From Micrococcales bacterium (GTDB lineage: Bacteria > Actinomycetota > Actinomycetes > S36-B12 > GCA-2699445): DNA of 61,494 bases. The stretch spans positions 1-61,494 of the forward strand of contig JAQAZZ010000052.1 in NCBI GenBank assembly GCA_032127075.1, in the 5' to 3' direction. Numbering within the stretch: the stretch's first letter is position 1; each line of letters begins with the position of its first letter. The notes under the pieces were generated by a model. It saw only the letters and a list, made by a program, of their open reading frames with translations. It was not told the DNA's origin and searched no databases. The translations under genes and the position numbers were made by a program. Of the stretch, positions 9,349-19,404 are shown piece after piece.

Positions 9349-10359
9349 ATGGCGCGCGTCGCGGTGATGGGCGGGGGATCGATGGGTACCGCCTTCGGGA
9401 TGGTGATGGCCGATGCCGGCGGCGAGGTCGGGATCTGGGCGCGGGAGGACACCGTCGCCGATGACATCAACCGCAACCACCGCAACGAGATGTACCACCC
9501 GGGGTTGGAGCTGCCGGAGTCGATGTGGTGCAGCACGCAACCGCAGGACGTCCTGCGGGATGCCACCATCGTCGTGCTCGCCATACCCGCGCAGACGCTG
9601 CGGGAGAACCTCACGGCATGGAAGGACTCCCTGGCAGACGGATCGTTGCTGGTGACCCTCATGAAGGGGATCGAACAGGGCACCAAGATGCGGATGTCGC
9701 AGGTCATGGAGCAGGTGGCAGGGGTCAGTCCCGATCGCGTGGCCGTGGTCTCCGGGCCGAACCTGGCACGGGAGATCGTCCAGCGCCAACCGGCCGCAAC
9801 CACTGTGGCGTGTGTGGACGAGCAGCGGGCGGTGGGACTGCAACAGGCGGCCAGCACGTCGTACTTCCGCCCGTATTTCACCACCGATGTGGTCGGAACC
9901 GAGATCGGGGGCTCGGTGAAGAATGTCATCGCACTGGCCAACGGCATGGCCGTGGGGCAGGGCTTCGGCGAGAACACCCAAGCAGCCCTGATCACCCGGG
10001 GGCTGGCGGAGATGTCCCGCCTCGGCGCGGCGTTGTCGGCGCATCCGCTGACATTCCTGGGACTCGCCGGCATCGGGGACCTCATCGCCACCTGCAATTC
10101 GCCGCTGTCCCGCAACAGGACCTTCGGCGAGAACCTCGGCAAGGGTCTCAGCGTCGACGAGACGGTCGCGGTCACCAAGCAGACCTGCGAAGGCGTGAAG
10201 AGCTGCCAGCCCATCCTGGAGATGGGGCATGACGCGGGTGTGGAGATGCCCATCACGCAGCAGGTCGTCAATGTTGTCCACCACGGCATGCGTCCCGCCG
10301 AGATGCTCGCCGAACTGATGTCACGGCCGACGAGGGAAGAACAGGGACAGGGTTCCTGA
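9349..10359 (+). CDS. gpsA: NAD(P)H-dependent glycerol-3-phosphate dehydrogenase
   Basis: 336 aa. VAVMGGGSMGTA Rossmann motif, plus GPNLAREI and GSVKNVIALA blocks. AGGAGG RBS 5 nt upstream of the ATG. Confidence 0.95.
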   Translation: MARVAVMGGGSMGTAFGMVMADAGGEVGIWAREDTVADDINRNHRNEMYHPGLELPESMWCSTQPQDVLRDATIVVLAIPAQTLRENLTAWKDSLADGSLLVTLMKGIEQGTKMRMSQVMEQVAGVSPDRVAVVSGPNLAREIVQRQPAATTVACVDEQRAVGLQQAASTSYFRPYFTTDVVGTEIGGSVKNVIALANGMAVGQGFGENTQAALITRGLAEMSRLGAALSAHPLTFLGLAGIGDLIATCNSPLSRNRTFGENLGKGLSVDETVAVTKQTCEGVKSCQPILEMGHDAGVEMPITQQVVNVVHHGMRPAEMLAELMSRPTREEQGQGS

Positions 10360-10949
10360 TGGACCGCGGCGGCATCGTCCTCATCCGCCATGGGGAGACG
10401 GAATGGAGCCGCAACGGACGGCACACCGGCCGTACCGATCTGCCGCTCACCGACGCGGGTGAAGCAGCCGCCGCCGAGCTGGCCAGCGGTCTCGCCGGCA
10501 GCGCCTTCGCCGAGGTCCTCGTGTCGCCCCTGCTGCGGGCGCGGGAGACGGCCCGGCTGGCCGGTCTCACCGGCAGCCTCGACGACGACCTCATGGAGTG
10601 GGACTACGGCGGCTACGAGGGACGGCGCACGGCGGACATCCGTGCCGACCTCGACGACCCCACCTGGACGATCTGGCGGGACCCGATCCCCCCGGGCGAC
10701 ACACCGGGCGAACAGCCGGAAGAGGTCTCCGCGAGAGCTCGCCGCGTCATCGCCCGCTGCGAACCGCACCTGCTTGCCGGCCATGAATGCGCCCTTGTCG
10801 CCCACGGGCACCTGCTGCGCATCCTCACCGCCACCTGGCTGGGACTGCCCGCGATCGACGGCCGGTTGTTCGAGCTCGACGCAGGTGCGGTCAGCCGGCT
10901 CGGCTTCGAGCACGAGCAGCACGTGATCCGCGCCTGGAACACGCACTGA
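10359..10949 (+). CDS. Histidine phosphatase (phosphoglycerate mutase-like) family protein
   Basis: 196 aa. RHGETEWS catalytic motif near the N-terminus and a second His block, LVAHGHLLRIL. The start overlaps the gpsA stop (TGATG). Confidence 0.82.
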   Translation: MDRGGIVLIRHGETEWSRNGRHTGRTDLPLTDAGEAAAAELASGLAGSAFAEVLVSPLLRARETARLAGLTGSLDDDLMEWDYGGYEGRRTADIRADLDDPTWTIWRDPIPPGDTPGEQPEEVSARARRVIARCEPHLLAGHECALVAHGHLLRILTATWLGLPAIDGRLFELDAGAVSRLGFEHEQHVIRAWNTH

Positions 10950-11001
10950 CGCGCCCGCCCCGTGCCTGGGACGGCGAGGGTCCGCTGGGTAGGGTCACCC
11001 C

Positions 11002-12096
11002 ATGCACAAGGTCACGGTCCTCGTCCTCTTCGGCGGCCGCAGCAGCGAACACGCGATCTCCTGCGTCAGCGCGGGCAGCATCCTCGAGGCCATAGATGCC
11101 GACAAGTACGAGGTCGTCCCGGTGGGGATCACTGCCGAAGGCGACTGGTACCGGCATTCCGGCGATACCGAGACCCTCCGATTGTGCGACGGGGTCCTGC
11201 CCCACGTTCAGGCCACCGGCGACCGGGTCCACCTGTCGCTGTCCCCGCAGCGCAAGGGAGTGTGGTTCGAAAGCCCGGACGGTCAGCGCACCTGGCAGCC
11301 CGTCGACGTCGTGTTCCCCGTCCTCCACGGGCCGTTCGGCGAGGACGGGGCAATCCAGGGCGCGCTCGAGGTGGGTGGGCTGCCATTCGTCGGCAGCGGG
11401 GTCTTCGCCTCGGCGGCCTGCATGGACAAGGGCCACACGAAGCGGCTGCTGGACTCCGTCGGAATCGCAGCCGGCCAGTGGCATGCCTTCCACCACCGCG
11501 AGTGGGGGCAGCCGGGGCACATGGAGGTCGTGCAGGGTCTCGGCTGGCCGGTGTTCGTCAAGCCGGCGCGCGCCGGTTCCAGCGTCGGAGTGTCCAAGGC
11601 CCACGACGAGCAGGGCCTCAAGTCCGCCATCGACGAGGCCGGATCCCATGATCCGCATGTCATCGTCGAAGCATCCGTCGAGGGGGCCCGGGAAATCGAA
11701 TGCGGTGTCCTGGTCGGCCCTGACGGGGTGGCACGCGCGAGCAGGTGCGCCGAGATTCGCGTGCGCGAGGGTCACGAGTTCTACGACTTCGCTGCCAAGT
11801 ACCTCGATGACAGCTGCGATCTCATCGTCCCGGCGCAGATACCCGAGGATCTGTCTGCACAGATCCGCTCAACAGCCCTGGCCGCCTTCGCAGCGATGGA
11901 CTGCGAGGGGCTGGCGCGCGTGGACTTCTTCGTCGCACCCGACGGCGCGGTGGTGGTCAACGAGATCAACACCATGCCCGGCTTCACCCCGATCTCGATG
12001 TACCCGCGCATGTGGGCGGAATCCGGGGTGGACTACCCGACGCTGATCGACACCCTGGTCACTGAGGCGCTGCTGCGCCGTCCGGGCCTGCGATAG
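11002..12096 (+). CDS. ddl: D-alanine--D-alanine ligase
   Basis: 364 aa. VLFGGRSSEHAISCVSA, VLHGPFGEDGAIQG and EINTMPGFT blocks of Ddl (ATP-grasp). Confidence 0.95.
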   Translation: MHKVTVLVLFGGRSSEHAISCVSAGSILEAIDADKYEVVPVGITAEGDWYRHSGDTETLRLCDGVLPHVQATGDRVHLSLSPQRKGVWFESPDGQRTWQPVDVVFPVLHGPFGEDGAIQGALEVGGLPFVGSGVFASAACMDKGHTKRLLDSVGIAAGQWHAFHHREWGQPGHMEVVQGLGWPVFVKPARAGSSVGVSKAHDEQGLKSAIDEAGSHDPHVIVEASVEGAREIECGVLVGPDGVARASRCAEIRVREGHEFYDFAAKYLDDSCDLIVPAQIPEDLSAQIRSTALAAFAAMDCEGLARVDFFVAPDGAVVVNEINTMPGFTPISMYPRMWAESGVDYPTLIDTLVTEALLRRPGLR

Positions 12097-12520
12097 CCGA
12101 CTGCAACTCCGCCAGCACCCCCGCCGCATTGGCGTAGCGGGCCGGGACGGTCAGTTCGGTCATCGGCTCGGCGGCCACCGCCGTGAAGCGGGTACCCGCG
12201 CTCAGCTGCTCCGGGTACCACTCGACCCCGTCCACCGTGACGAGTTGCGAGGTGCGGTTGTAGGACTGCGGCGCGGCGACGCCGCAGCGCCACACGATGG
12301 CCGGCGCGCCCCACGCTGCCGTGAGGGTCGGATCGGGCATCGTGCTGATGCGTGCTTCGGCGGCGAGGGAACCGGGCAGCAGGGCGCTTGCCCGCTCGCA
12401 CTGGGCGCCGACCGCGTCGGAGACCTCCGGCGGCGTCACCATGACCGCACGGCCGCAGCCGGCGGTGATCATTGACACCACCGCCGCCGCAGCGAGCAGT
12501 GGGAGCGGTTTCCCGACCAC
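12059..12520 (-). CDS. DUF3515-like secreted lipoprotein
   Basis: 153 aa. Signal peptide with lipobox (LLAAAAVVSMITAGC), conserved AAWGAPAIVWRCGV block, and a GGAGGAGG RBS upstream of GTG 12520. Its position next to ddl/thiL matches what I recall for mycobacteria. The 3' end overlaps ddl by 38 nt. Confidence 0.7.
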   Translation of the reverse strand: MVGKPLPLLAAAAVVSMITAGCGRAVMVTPPEVSDAVGAQCERASALLPGSLAAEARISTMPDPTLTAAWGAPAIVWRCGVAAPQSYNRTSQLVTVDGVEWYPEQLSAGTRFTAVAAEPMTELTVPARYANAAGVLAELQSAIAGPDGAAAPQ

Positions 12521-12583
12521 GGTCCTCCTCCACTACCGTTGTCCAGGCTAGGCGATGCAGCGCGGGCTGCTGAAGGAGGACCA

Positions 12584-13531
12584 GTGGGCGACACCATGGC
12601 GGACATCGGCGAGTTCGGCCTGATCGACCGCATCCGGGAACTGGTGCCGGAAGCGTCCGGCCACGGCATCGGCGTCGGCGATGACGCCGCCGTCCTGGAC
12701 ATCGGGGGCCGGCTGGTCGCCAGTGTCGATTCGCTCATCGAGGGTCGCCATTTCAAGCCCGACTGGGCGTCCGGTGAGGACATCGGGCATCGGGCGGCGG
12801 CGGCCAGCCTGGCCGACATCGCGGCCATGGGCGCGAAGCCGAGGGCGCTGCTCGTTGCGCTGGGGCTGCCGCTGGCCACCCCGGTGCAGTGGGTGCTGGA
12901 CCTGGTGACGGGGATGGTCGACGAAGCCGCGGAGGTGGACACCGATGTGGTGGGGGGCGATATCAGCCGCTCCGACGCCATCATGATCTCGGTGACCGCG
13001 CTGGGTGAGGCGCAGGACGTGGTGACCAGGGGCGGGGCGCAGCCCGGGGACGTTGTCGCCATTGCCGGCCGGCAGGGATGGGCCGCGGCCGGGTTGACCG
13101 TGCTGTCGCGTGGATTCCGGTCGCCCCGCGCCCTCGTCAACGCCTATCAGCGCCCCCACCCGCCCTACGCGAGCGGACCCGCAGCGGCGGCGGCGGGTGC
13201 TACCGCGATGATCGACGTCAGCGACGGACTGCTGGCCGACGTGCGGCACCTCGCCAGGGCGTCGGGTGTGCTGATCGACTTGGACTCCGAACTGGTGCCG
13301 GTTGCCGACCAGCTGCTGGAGACCGCGTCGGCGTTCAACGTCGACCCGCTGACCTGGGTGCTTGCCGGCGGTGACGATCACGCCCTGGTGGCCACCTTCC
13401 CCGGCGACGCCGGACTGCCGCAGATGTTCACCACGATCGGGCATGCCGTTGCAGCAGGCAGCAGTGGACCGGGGGTGTCGGTCGATGGCAGGTTCTGGAG
13501 CGGCCAGGGCGGCCACGACCACTTCAAGTAG
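12584..13531 (+). CDS. thiL: Thiamine-monophosphate kinase
   Basis: [28 protein letters not shown]-type (IDVSDGLLADV) and GGDDHALV blocks. The start is set at GTG 12584, just after GAAGGAGGA. The longest ORF begins at TTG 12539 and ATG 12596 is also possible. Confidence 0.87.
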   Translation: MGDTMADIGEFGLIDRIRELVPEASGHGIGVGDDAAVLDIGGRLVASVDSLIEGRHFKPDWASGEDIGHRAAAASLADIAAMGAKPRALLVALGLPLATPVQWVLDLVTGMVDEAAEVDTDVVGGDISRSDAIMISVTALGEAQDVVTRGGAQPGDVVAIAGRQGWAAAGLTVLSRGFRSPRALVNAYQRPHPPYASGPAAAAAGATAMIDVSDGLLADVRHLARASGVLIDLDSELVPVADQLLETASAFNVDPLTWVLAGGDDHALVATFPGDAGLPQMFTTIGHAVAAGSSGPGVSVDGRFWSGQGGHDHFK

Positions 13532-13576
13532 GGAGACGGCGGCCAGTGGGAACTCGGCGGCGGCCCCTACTCCGGA

Positions 13577-13765
13577 TCAGGCGCGGGAGACCTTGCCGGC
13601 CTTGAGGCAGGAGGTGCAGACATTCATCTTCTTCGGCGTGCCGCCGACGACAGTGCGCACCGACTGGATGTTCGGGTTCCAGCGGCGCTTGGTCCTGCGG
13701 TGGGAGTGGGAGATGCTGTGGCCGAAGCCGGGGCCCTTGCCGCACACATCGCACTTCGCTGCCAC
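13577..13765 (-). CDS. rpmB: 50S ribosomal protein L28 (Zn-ribbon, C+ form)
   Basis: The last 62 codons of a 346-aa track ORF read [40 protein letters not shown]...[16 protein letters not shown] start at 13765. Confidence 0.95.
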   Translation of the reverse strand: MAAKCDVCGKGPGFGHSISHSHRRTKRRWNPNIQSVRTVVGGTPKKMNVCTSCLKAGKVSRA

Positions 13766-13928
13766 GTCACACGCTCCGAATGGGATCCAACTGGGAACTG
13801 CCAACAACCTTGCGCCGAGCCGGGCCCGGACGAACCACCACTCTAACGGACGGCTCGCGCTAGTGTGAAATCCCGGCAAGTGTGCGGATCGGCCGGTGGG
13901 GCGGACCGTGCGTGCGGGCAGGAGGGCG

Positions 13929-15545
13929 ATGTTCCAGGTTGTCGATGCCGACCTGCTGCGTGTCTGGGTGCGCACCGCCGTGGCGGCCCTGGGTGAGGCC
14001 CGGGCGGAAATAGACGCGTTGAACGTGTTCCCCGTGCCCGACGGTGACACCGGGACGAACATGTACCTCACGATGGAGGCCGCTGAACGGGGCATGGCGG
14101 AATCCGAGCCATCCCTGGACGACGATGCCGATCCCGCCGACCGGCTCACACAGGTGGCCGAGGTGATGGTCCGCGAGGCACTGCTCGGCGCCCGCGGCAA
14201 CTCCGGGGTGATCCTGTCGCAGATCCTGCGCGGAATGGTCCGCGTGGCACCCCTGGTCGCCGGTGAGTTGCGTCCTGCCGGTGAGGCCATCCGGCTGGGG
14301 CTGCGCCGCGGCGCCGACATGGCGTATGCGGCGGTGGCTGATCCCAAAGAGGGCACGATGCTCACAGTCATCCGCAAAGCCGCCGACGGTGCGGCCGCCA
14401 GCGAGGCCGACGATTTGGGCTCGGTCGTGCGGGCCGCGACCGAGTACGCGCAAGAAGCGCTGGGCCGCACCACCGAGCAGCTCGAGGCCCTGCGGCGCGC
14501 GGGAGTGGTGGACTCCGGCGGCCGCGGCATCGTGGTGATCCTGTCGGCACTGCAGGAGGTCGTCACCGGGGAACGCCGCCCGCCGCCGGCCCCCACCCAG
14601 CGGGTCCCGATCCCCACGGGTCCGCAAGACGGCGCCTACGGCGGGCCCGGGTACGAGGTCATGTATCTGCTCGAGGCCGCCGATGAGGCCATCCCCGACC
14701 TGAAGCAGCAACTGGGAGCGTTGGGCGACTCGCTGCTCGTCGTCGGCGGGGAAGGATTGTGGAACATCCATGTGCATGTGGATGATGCGGGCGCGGCGGT
14801 GGAAGCCGGTATGCGGGCCGGCCGGCCCTACCGGGTCCGGATCACGTGGCTGCTCGAAGGTGCGGCCGACCACGCCCACCGGACCGGGCGCGGAATCGTC
14901 GCGGTGGCCTACGGCCCCGGGATGGCGGAACTGCTCACCGATATGGGGATAACACCCGTGTCGGCGCAACCCGGGCTGGCGCCGGCGACGGGGGAGGTCC
15001 TCGACGCGGTGCTGTCCCAGGCTGCCGGGGAGGTGGTGATCCTGCCGGGAGACAAGAACATCCACTCATCGGCGGAGGCGGCGGCGGTCACCGCGCGGGA
15101 ACAAGGGCAGCGGGTGGCCGTGGTGCCCACAAGGTCGATCGTGCAGTCGCTGGCCGCGATAGCGGTGCACGACCCGGGACTGGCCTTCGACGACGACGTG
15201 GTCGGGATGTCCCGCGCGGCCGGCGCCACCCGGTACGGGGCGGTGACGGTGTCCACCCGTGAGGCGATGACCACGGCCGGCAGATGCGCCCCCGGCGACG
15301 TTCTCGGCGTCGTGGACGGCGACATCCTGCGGATCGGCGCGGATCTGCAGCAGGTGGCCAAGGACACCCTCGACCTGCTGTTGTCCTCCGGGGGGGAGTT
15401 GGCCACGATCGTCACCGGGGCAGACGCGAAGGCCGATCTGGTCGCTGGCGTGAGCGACCACCTGGCGGCGCACCACCCGGGCGTGGATATGTCCGTGTAC
15501 GAGGGTGGCCAACCGCTCTGGCCGCTCATCTTCGGGATCGAATAG
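13929..15545 (+). CDS. DAK2 domain-containing protein (YloV-like)
   Basis: N-terminal [14 protein letters not shown] and [12 protein letters not shown] blocks of the Dak2/YloV family. It lies immediately upstream of recG, as in many Gram-positives. ATG 13929 was chosen because the N-terminal spacing matches the family; GTG 13896 is also possible. Confidence 0.85.
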   Translation: MFQVVDADLLRVWVRTAVAALGEARAEIDALNVFPVPDGDTGTNMYLTMEAAERGMAESEPSLDDDADPADRLTQVAEVMVREALLGARGNSGVILSQILRGMVRVAPLVAGELRPAGEAIRLGLRRGADMAYAAVADPKEGTMLTVIRKAADGAAASEADDLGSVVRAATEYAQEALGRTTEQLEALRRAGVVDSGGRGIVVILSALQEVVTGERRPPPAPTQRVPIPTGPQDGAYGGPGYEVMYLLEAADEAIPDLKQQLGALGDSLLVVGGEGLWNIHVHVDDAGAAVEAGMRAGRPYRVRITWLLEGAADHAHRTGRGIVAVAYGPGMAELLTDMGITPVSAQPGLAPATGEVLDAVLSQAAGEVVILPGDKNIHSSAEAAAVTAREQGQRVAVVPTRSIVQSLAAIAVHDPGLAFDDDVVGMSRAAGATRYGAVTVSTREAMTTAGRCAPGDVLGVVDGDILRIGADLQQVAKDTLDLLLSSGGELATIVTGADAKADLVAGVSDHLAAHHPGVDMSVYEGGQPLWPLIFGIE

Positions 15546-15577
15546 CCGCGTCGGCGGCGTCTGGCACCCTGGTAGGC

Positions 15578-17791
15578 ATGGCGCAGTTGACCGATCGGCT
15601 GCTGGCGGTGGTGGGCGGGCGCTCGGCCAAGCCGCTTTCTGAACATCTCGGCATCGACACCGTCGGGGATCTCCTCCAGCACTATCCGCGGCGGTACGAG
15701 ACGAGGGGCCAGCTCACCGATCTCGCCGAACTGGTGCCGGGGGAGCAGGCGACCATCATCGCGGAGGTGCGCAGCGTGCGCACCGTCGGCATGGGCGGCA
15801 GAGGCCGGTCCGGCCGCACCCGCGGCGGGTTGCGGGTCGAGGCAACCCTCACCGACGGGGTCGGCAGCCTTGCCGTGACCTTCTTCAACCAGCCCTGGCG
15901 TGCCAAGGACCTGCGCCCCGGGCGACGCGGCCTCTTCTCGGGGAAGGTGGGCGAGTACCGCGGGAAACTGCAGTTGGCGAACCCGCAATGCCATTTCGTG
16001 GACGACGCCGACGATGCCGAGGCGGCTGAGATCTTCGCGCGGGAACTGATCCCGGTGTATCCGGCCACCGGCGCAGTGGCGAGCACCGTCATCGCCCGCA
16101 CAGTGAAGCTGGCGCTGCAGATGCTGGACCCGGTGGCGGACCCGATGCCGCCGCAGGTACTCGCCGCACGGTCACTGATGGACTTCGACACCGCACTGCG
16201 CACCATCCATCAGCCCGACGACCAGCAGGAGGCGCGGCAGGCCCGGCGTCGGCTCGCCTACGACGAGGCCTTGGTGCTGCAGTCGGTCCTGGCGCGACGC
16301 CGCCACCATGCAGCCGGCCTGCTGGCGGCGCCCCGGCCGGCCGTGCCCGACGGCATCGCCGGTGACTTCGACGGGAGGCTGCCCTTCCCGCTGACGGCGG
16401 GACAAGAAGACGTGGGGCGCCGGATCGCCGACGACCTGGCGAGCGCCCACCCGATGCACCGCCTGCTGCAGGGCGACGTGGGCTCCGGCAAGACGCTGGT
16501 GGCCCTGCGGGCGATCCTGCAAGTCGTCGATGCGGGCGGCCAAGCGGTCCTCCTGGCACCCACGGAGGTCCTGGCGCAACAGCACCACACGAACATGATC
16601 CGAATGCTCGGACCGCTCGCGCAGGGAGGGTTGCTCGGCGGCGCCGACCACGGCACCAGGGTGGCGCTGCTCACCGGTTCCACCCCGGCCGCCGTCCGGC
16701 GACGTGTCCTGCTCGAGATCGCAACCGGTGAGGCGGGGATCATCGTGGGCACCCACGCACTGCTGCAGGACTCGGTGCAGTACGCCGATCTGGGATTGAT
16801 CGTGGTCGACGAGCAGCACCGTTTCGGTGTGGAACAACGCTCGGCCCTGCTGGAGCGGATCCCCGGGGAGCGACCCCATCTGCTGGTCATGACCGCCACG
16901 CCCATACCCCGCACGGTGGCGATGACCGTCTTCGGGGATTTGGACGTGTCCACCCTCACCGAGCGGCCGGCCGGCGAATCCCGCGTTGTCAGCCACGTCG
17001 TGGCCGAGCGGGAGCAACCCTCCCACATCGACCGCGCCTGGCAGCGGGTCGCGGAGGAGGTGGCTGCCGGGCGGCAGGTGTTCATCGTCTGCCCCCGCAT
17101 CAGCGACTCCGACGACGAAGCGGCCGGCACGGGGGCGCCCGACGACCCGGCGGCGCCTCCCGCGGCCACCCACGCGGTGATGGAACTGGCGGCCGAACTG
17201 GCGGCCGGGCCGCTGTCCGGGCTGCGCATCGGAGTGCTCCACGGGCGACTGGCACCGCAGGAGAAAGACGCCGTCATGCGCCGGTTCGCTGCCGGGCCGG
17301 CCGACGGCGACGGCGTGGACGTGCTGGTCAGCACCACGGTCATCGAAGTGGGAGTCGATATCGCGGGGGCGGCGATGATGGTCGTGATGGACGCCGACCG
17401 CTTCGGTGTGTCGCAGCTGCACCAGCTGCGCGGCCGGGTGGGCCGCGCCGGCCAGCCTGCGCTGTGCCTGCTGATGACCCAGGCCGAGACCGGTTCCGCC
17501 GCCCATGCCCGGCTGCTGGACATCGCAGCCACCAACGACGGGTTCGAACTGGCCCGGCTCGACCTCGAACAGCGCAGGGAGGGCGACGTGCTGGGTGCCG
17601 CGCAGTCCGGGCGGCGGTCGTCGCTGCGGTTGCTGTCGGTCCTGCGTGACGGGTCCCTGATCGAGATGGCGCGCGACGACGCAAGCGCGATTGTTGCCGC
17701 TGATCCGGACCTGATCGGGCTGCCCCTCCTGCGCGAAGCTGTGGTTGCGGCCGAGGCTGCGGCCACCTCGGAGTATCTGGAGAAGGCATGA
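15578..17791 (+). CDS. recG: ATP-dependent DNA helicase RecG
   Basis: Start at ATG 15578 (MAQLTDRLL). The upstream part of the track ORF overlaps the DAK2 gene out of frame. Wedge/OB region present, Walker A GDVGSGKTLVA, DEQHRFGV, and helicase C motif HGR...QLHQLRGRVGRG. Confidence 0.93.
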   Translation: MAQLTDRLLAVVGGRSAKPLSEHLGIDTVGDLLQHYPRRYETRGQLTDLAELVPGEQATIIAEVRSVRTVGMGGRGRSGRTRGGLRVEATLTDGVGSLAVTFFNQPWRAKDLRPGRRGLFSGKVGEYRGKLQLANPQCHFVDDADDAEAAEIFARELIPVYPATGAVASTVIARTVKLALQMLDPVADPMPPQVLAARSLMDFDTALRTIHQPDDQQEARQARRRLAYDEALVLQSVLARRRHHAAGLLAAPRPAVPDGIAGDFDGRLPFPLTAGQEDVGRRIADDLASAHPMHRLLQGDVGSGKTLVALRAILQVVDAGGQAVLLAPTEVLAQQHHTNMIRMLGPLAQGGLLGGADHGTRVALLTGSTPAAVRRRVLLEIATGEAGIIVGTHALLQDSVQYADLGLIVVDEQHRFGVEQRSALLERIPGERPHLLVMTATPIPRTVAMTVFGDLDVSTLTERPAGESRVVSHVVAEREQPSHIDRAWQRVAEEVAAGRQVFIVCPRISDSDDEAAGTGAPDDPAAPPAATHAVMELAAELAAGPLSGLRIGVLHGRLAPQEKDAVMRRFAAGPADGDGVDVLVSTTVIEVGVDIAGAAMMVVMDADRFGVSQLHQLRGRVGRAGQPALCLLMTQAETGSAAHARLLDIAATNDGFELARLDLEQRREGDVLGAAQSGRRSSLRLLSVLRDGSLIEMARDDASAIVAADPDLIGLPLLREAVVAAEAAATSEYLEKA

Positions 17792-17810
17792 AGCGTCTGC
17801 GCGGGCGTCG

Positions 17811-18407
17811 ATGACGCGCATCGTCGCGGGCCGGTGGGGCAGTCGGCGGCTGGACGTGCCGCGGACAGGGGTGCGCCCGACCTCGCAACGAGTCCGCGAG
17901 GCGGTGTGCAACAGGCTGGAACACCTATGCGGCGGGCTGGGCGGGCTGCAGGTCCTCGACCTCTTCGCCGGCTCCGGTGCCGTGGGGCTGGAGTTGCTGA
18001 GCAGGGGCGCTGCGGCGGCAGTGTTCGTGGAACGGGACCGCGCGGCGGTGCGGGCCATCCGGCACAACATCGCCGCGCTTTCGGCCGAGGGGGCCACTGT
18101 GGTCAACCGTGACGCTGCCGCGGTTGCCCGTGGCGATTCCCTCAGCGCGGACGGCTGCGCGTTTGACATCGTCTTCGCCGATCCGCCGTACGACATGCCC
18201 CTCGGCGCCCTCGAGGCGATCCTCGCCGATCTCGTGGCGGGGCACCGGGTGCGAGACGGCGGGATGCTGTTGGTGGAGGCAGCGGCACGGTCGGCGGGCA
18301 CGCCGTGGCCGCCGGGAGTGCTGCCCATCGATTCGCGCGACTACGGCGACACCCGGGTTTGGTACGGTCGGGTGTCGCCAGAGCCTTCGATCGGATTGGG
18401 TGGTTGA
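17811..18407 (+). CDS. rsmD: 16S rRNA (guanine966-N2)-methyltransferase
   Basis: MTRIVAGRWGSRRLDVP...RPTSQRVREA...LDLFAGSGAVGLE...FADPPY, the classic RsmD pattern. Confidence 0.87.
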   Translation: MTRIVAGRWGSRRLDVPRTGVRPTSQRVREAVCNRLEHLCGGLGGLQVLDLFAGSGAVGLELLSRGAAAAVFVERDRAAVRAIRHNIAALSAEGATVVNRDAAAVARGDSLSADGCAFDIVFADPPYDMPLGALEAILADLVAGHRVRDGGMLLVEAAARSAGTPWPPGVLPIDSRDYGDTRVWYGRVSPEPSIGLGG

Positions 18408-18412
18408 GCACC

Positions 18413-18892
18413 ATGGCCACCGCCATCTGCCCCGGATCGTTCGATCCGGTCACCAACGGCCATATCGACGTGTTCAGCAGGGCAGCGGACCTGTTCGAGC
18501 ACGTGACGGTCGGGGTCCTGATCAACAAGAAGAAGTCGAGCCTCTTCGGCGTCGACGAACGCATCGACATGCTGCGCGAATGCCTGGCGGACCATCCCAA
18601 CGTCACGGTGGACGCCTTCCACGGGCTGCTCGTCGACTACTGCCGCGACCACGGCGTGTCGGCGATCGTCAAGGGGCTGCGTGCGGTGTCGGACTTCGAC
18701 TACGAGCTCCAGATGGCGCAGATGAACTACCGGCTCGCGGGCATCGAAACATTGTTCGTGTCGACGAACCCGGTCTACGGCTACCTCTCGTCCAGCCTGG
18801 TGAAGGATGTTGCCACCTACGGCGGTGACATCTCGGGGCTGGTGCCCGATACTGTGCTGGCGCGGCTCAACGAGAAACTGGGCCGCAACTGA
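18413..18892 (+). CDS. coaD: Phosphopantetheine adenylyltransferase
   Basis: MATAICPGSFDPVTNGHIDV (HxGH-type nucleotidyltransferase) and a 159-aa length typical of CoaD. Confidence 0.95.
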   Translation: MATAICPGSFDPVTNGHIDVFSRAADLFEHVTVGVLINKKKSSLFGVDERIDMLRECLADHPNVTVDAFHGLLVDYCRDHGVSAIVKGLRAVSDFDYELQMAQMNYRLAGIETLFVSTNPVYGYLSSSLVKDVATYGGDISGLVPDTVLARLNEKLGRN

Positions 18893-18928
18893 CGACGGCC
18901 CGCTCCCGGGCCGTCGAGGGGAGGAAGT

Positions 18929-19399
18929 GTGGAAATCTCGCAGGCACTCGACGAATTGGCCCAGGTCATCGCCGAGGCACGGCCCCGGGCCTTGGGCGGC
19001 GGGGCCATCATCGACCGCGAAACGGCCATGCGGTTGATCGCAGAGGTCCAGCAGTCCGTCCCGGAGGAGATCCACCGCGCCCACGGGGTGATGGCCGAAA
19101 GGGACGCCCTCATCGACGCAGCGGCCGCCGACGCCGAGCAGATCAGGGTCAATGCACGTGCGGAGGCCGATGCGATAGTCGCCGCCGACCAGGTGACGCT
19201 GGCGGCACACGAGGAGGCTCGGCGCATCGTCGAGCAGGCGCATGCGGAGGCGCAGCACAAGCGCAGCGAGGTGGACGCCTACGTCGACGGCAAACTCGCC
19301 GCTTTCGAGGGATCCCTGCAGGCGACGCTGGAGGCGGTCGCCCACGGCCGTGCCAAGCTGGCCGGCCAGTGGCAGGACGCGCCAGACGAAGGCCGGTAG
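18929..19399 (+). CDS. Conserved-position coiled-coil protein of unknown function (ATP-synthase-b-like / DivIVA-like low-complexity Ala/Glu helix)
   Basis: 156 aa, GTG start preceded by GGAGGAAG. Strongly helical, Ala/Glu/Arg-rich sequence (AEQIRVNARAEADAIVAADQVTLAAHEEARRIVEQAHAEAQHKRSEV). It occupies the coaD-yceD slot, where actinobacteria usually carry a coiled-coil protein. Confidence 0.6.
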   Translation: MEISQALDELAQVIAEARPRALGGGAIIDRETAMRLIAEVQQSVPEEIHRAHGVMAERDALIDAAAADAEQIRVNARAEADAIVAADQVTLAAHEEARRIVEQAHAEAQHKRSEVDAYVDGKLAAFEGSLQATLEAVAHGRAKLAGQWQDAPDEGR

Positions 19400-19404
19400 C
19401 CCCG

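Noticed and set aside
13766-14617. The 346-aa - strand ORF extending rpmB upstream.
   Set aside because: Only the last 62 codons are L28. The remainder is antisense to the DAK2 gene and is low complexity.
16172-18328. A 718-aa - strand ORF, plus a nested 502-aa ORF, opposite recG and rsmD.
   Set aside because: Same artefact. The + strand frame carries unmistakable RecG helicase motifs, and the antisense products are Arg/Ala/Pro-rich without domain features.
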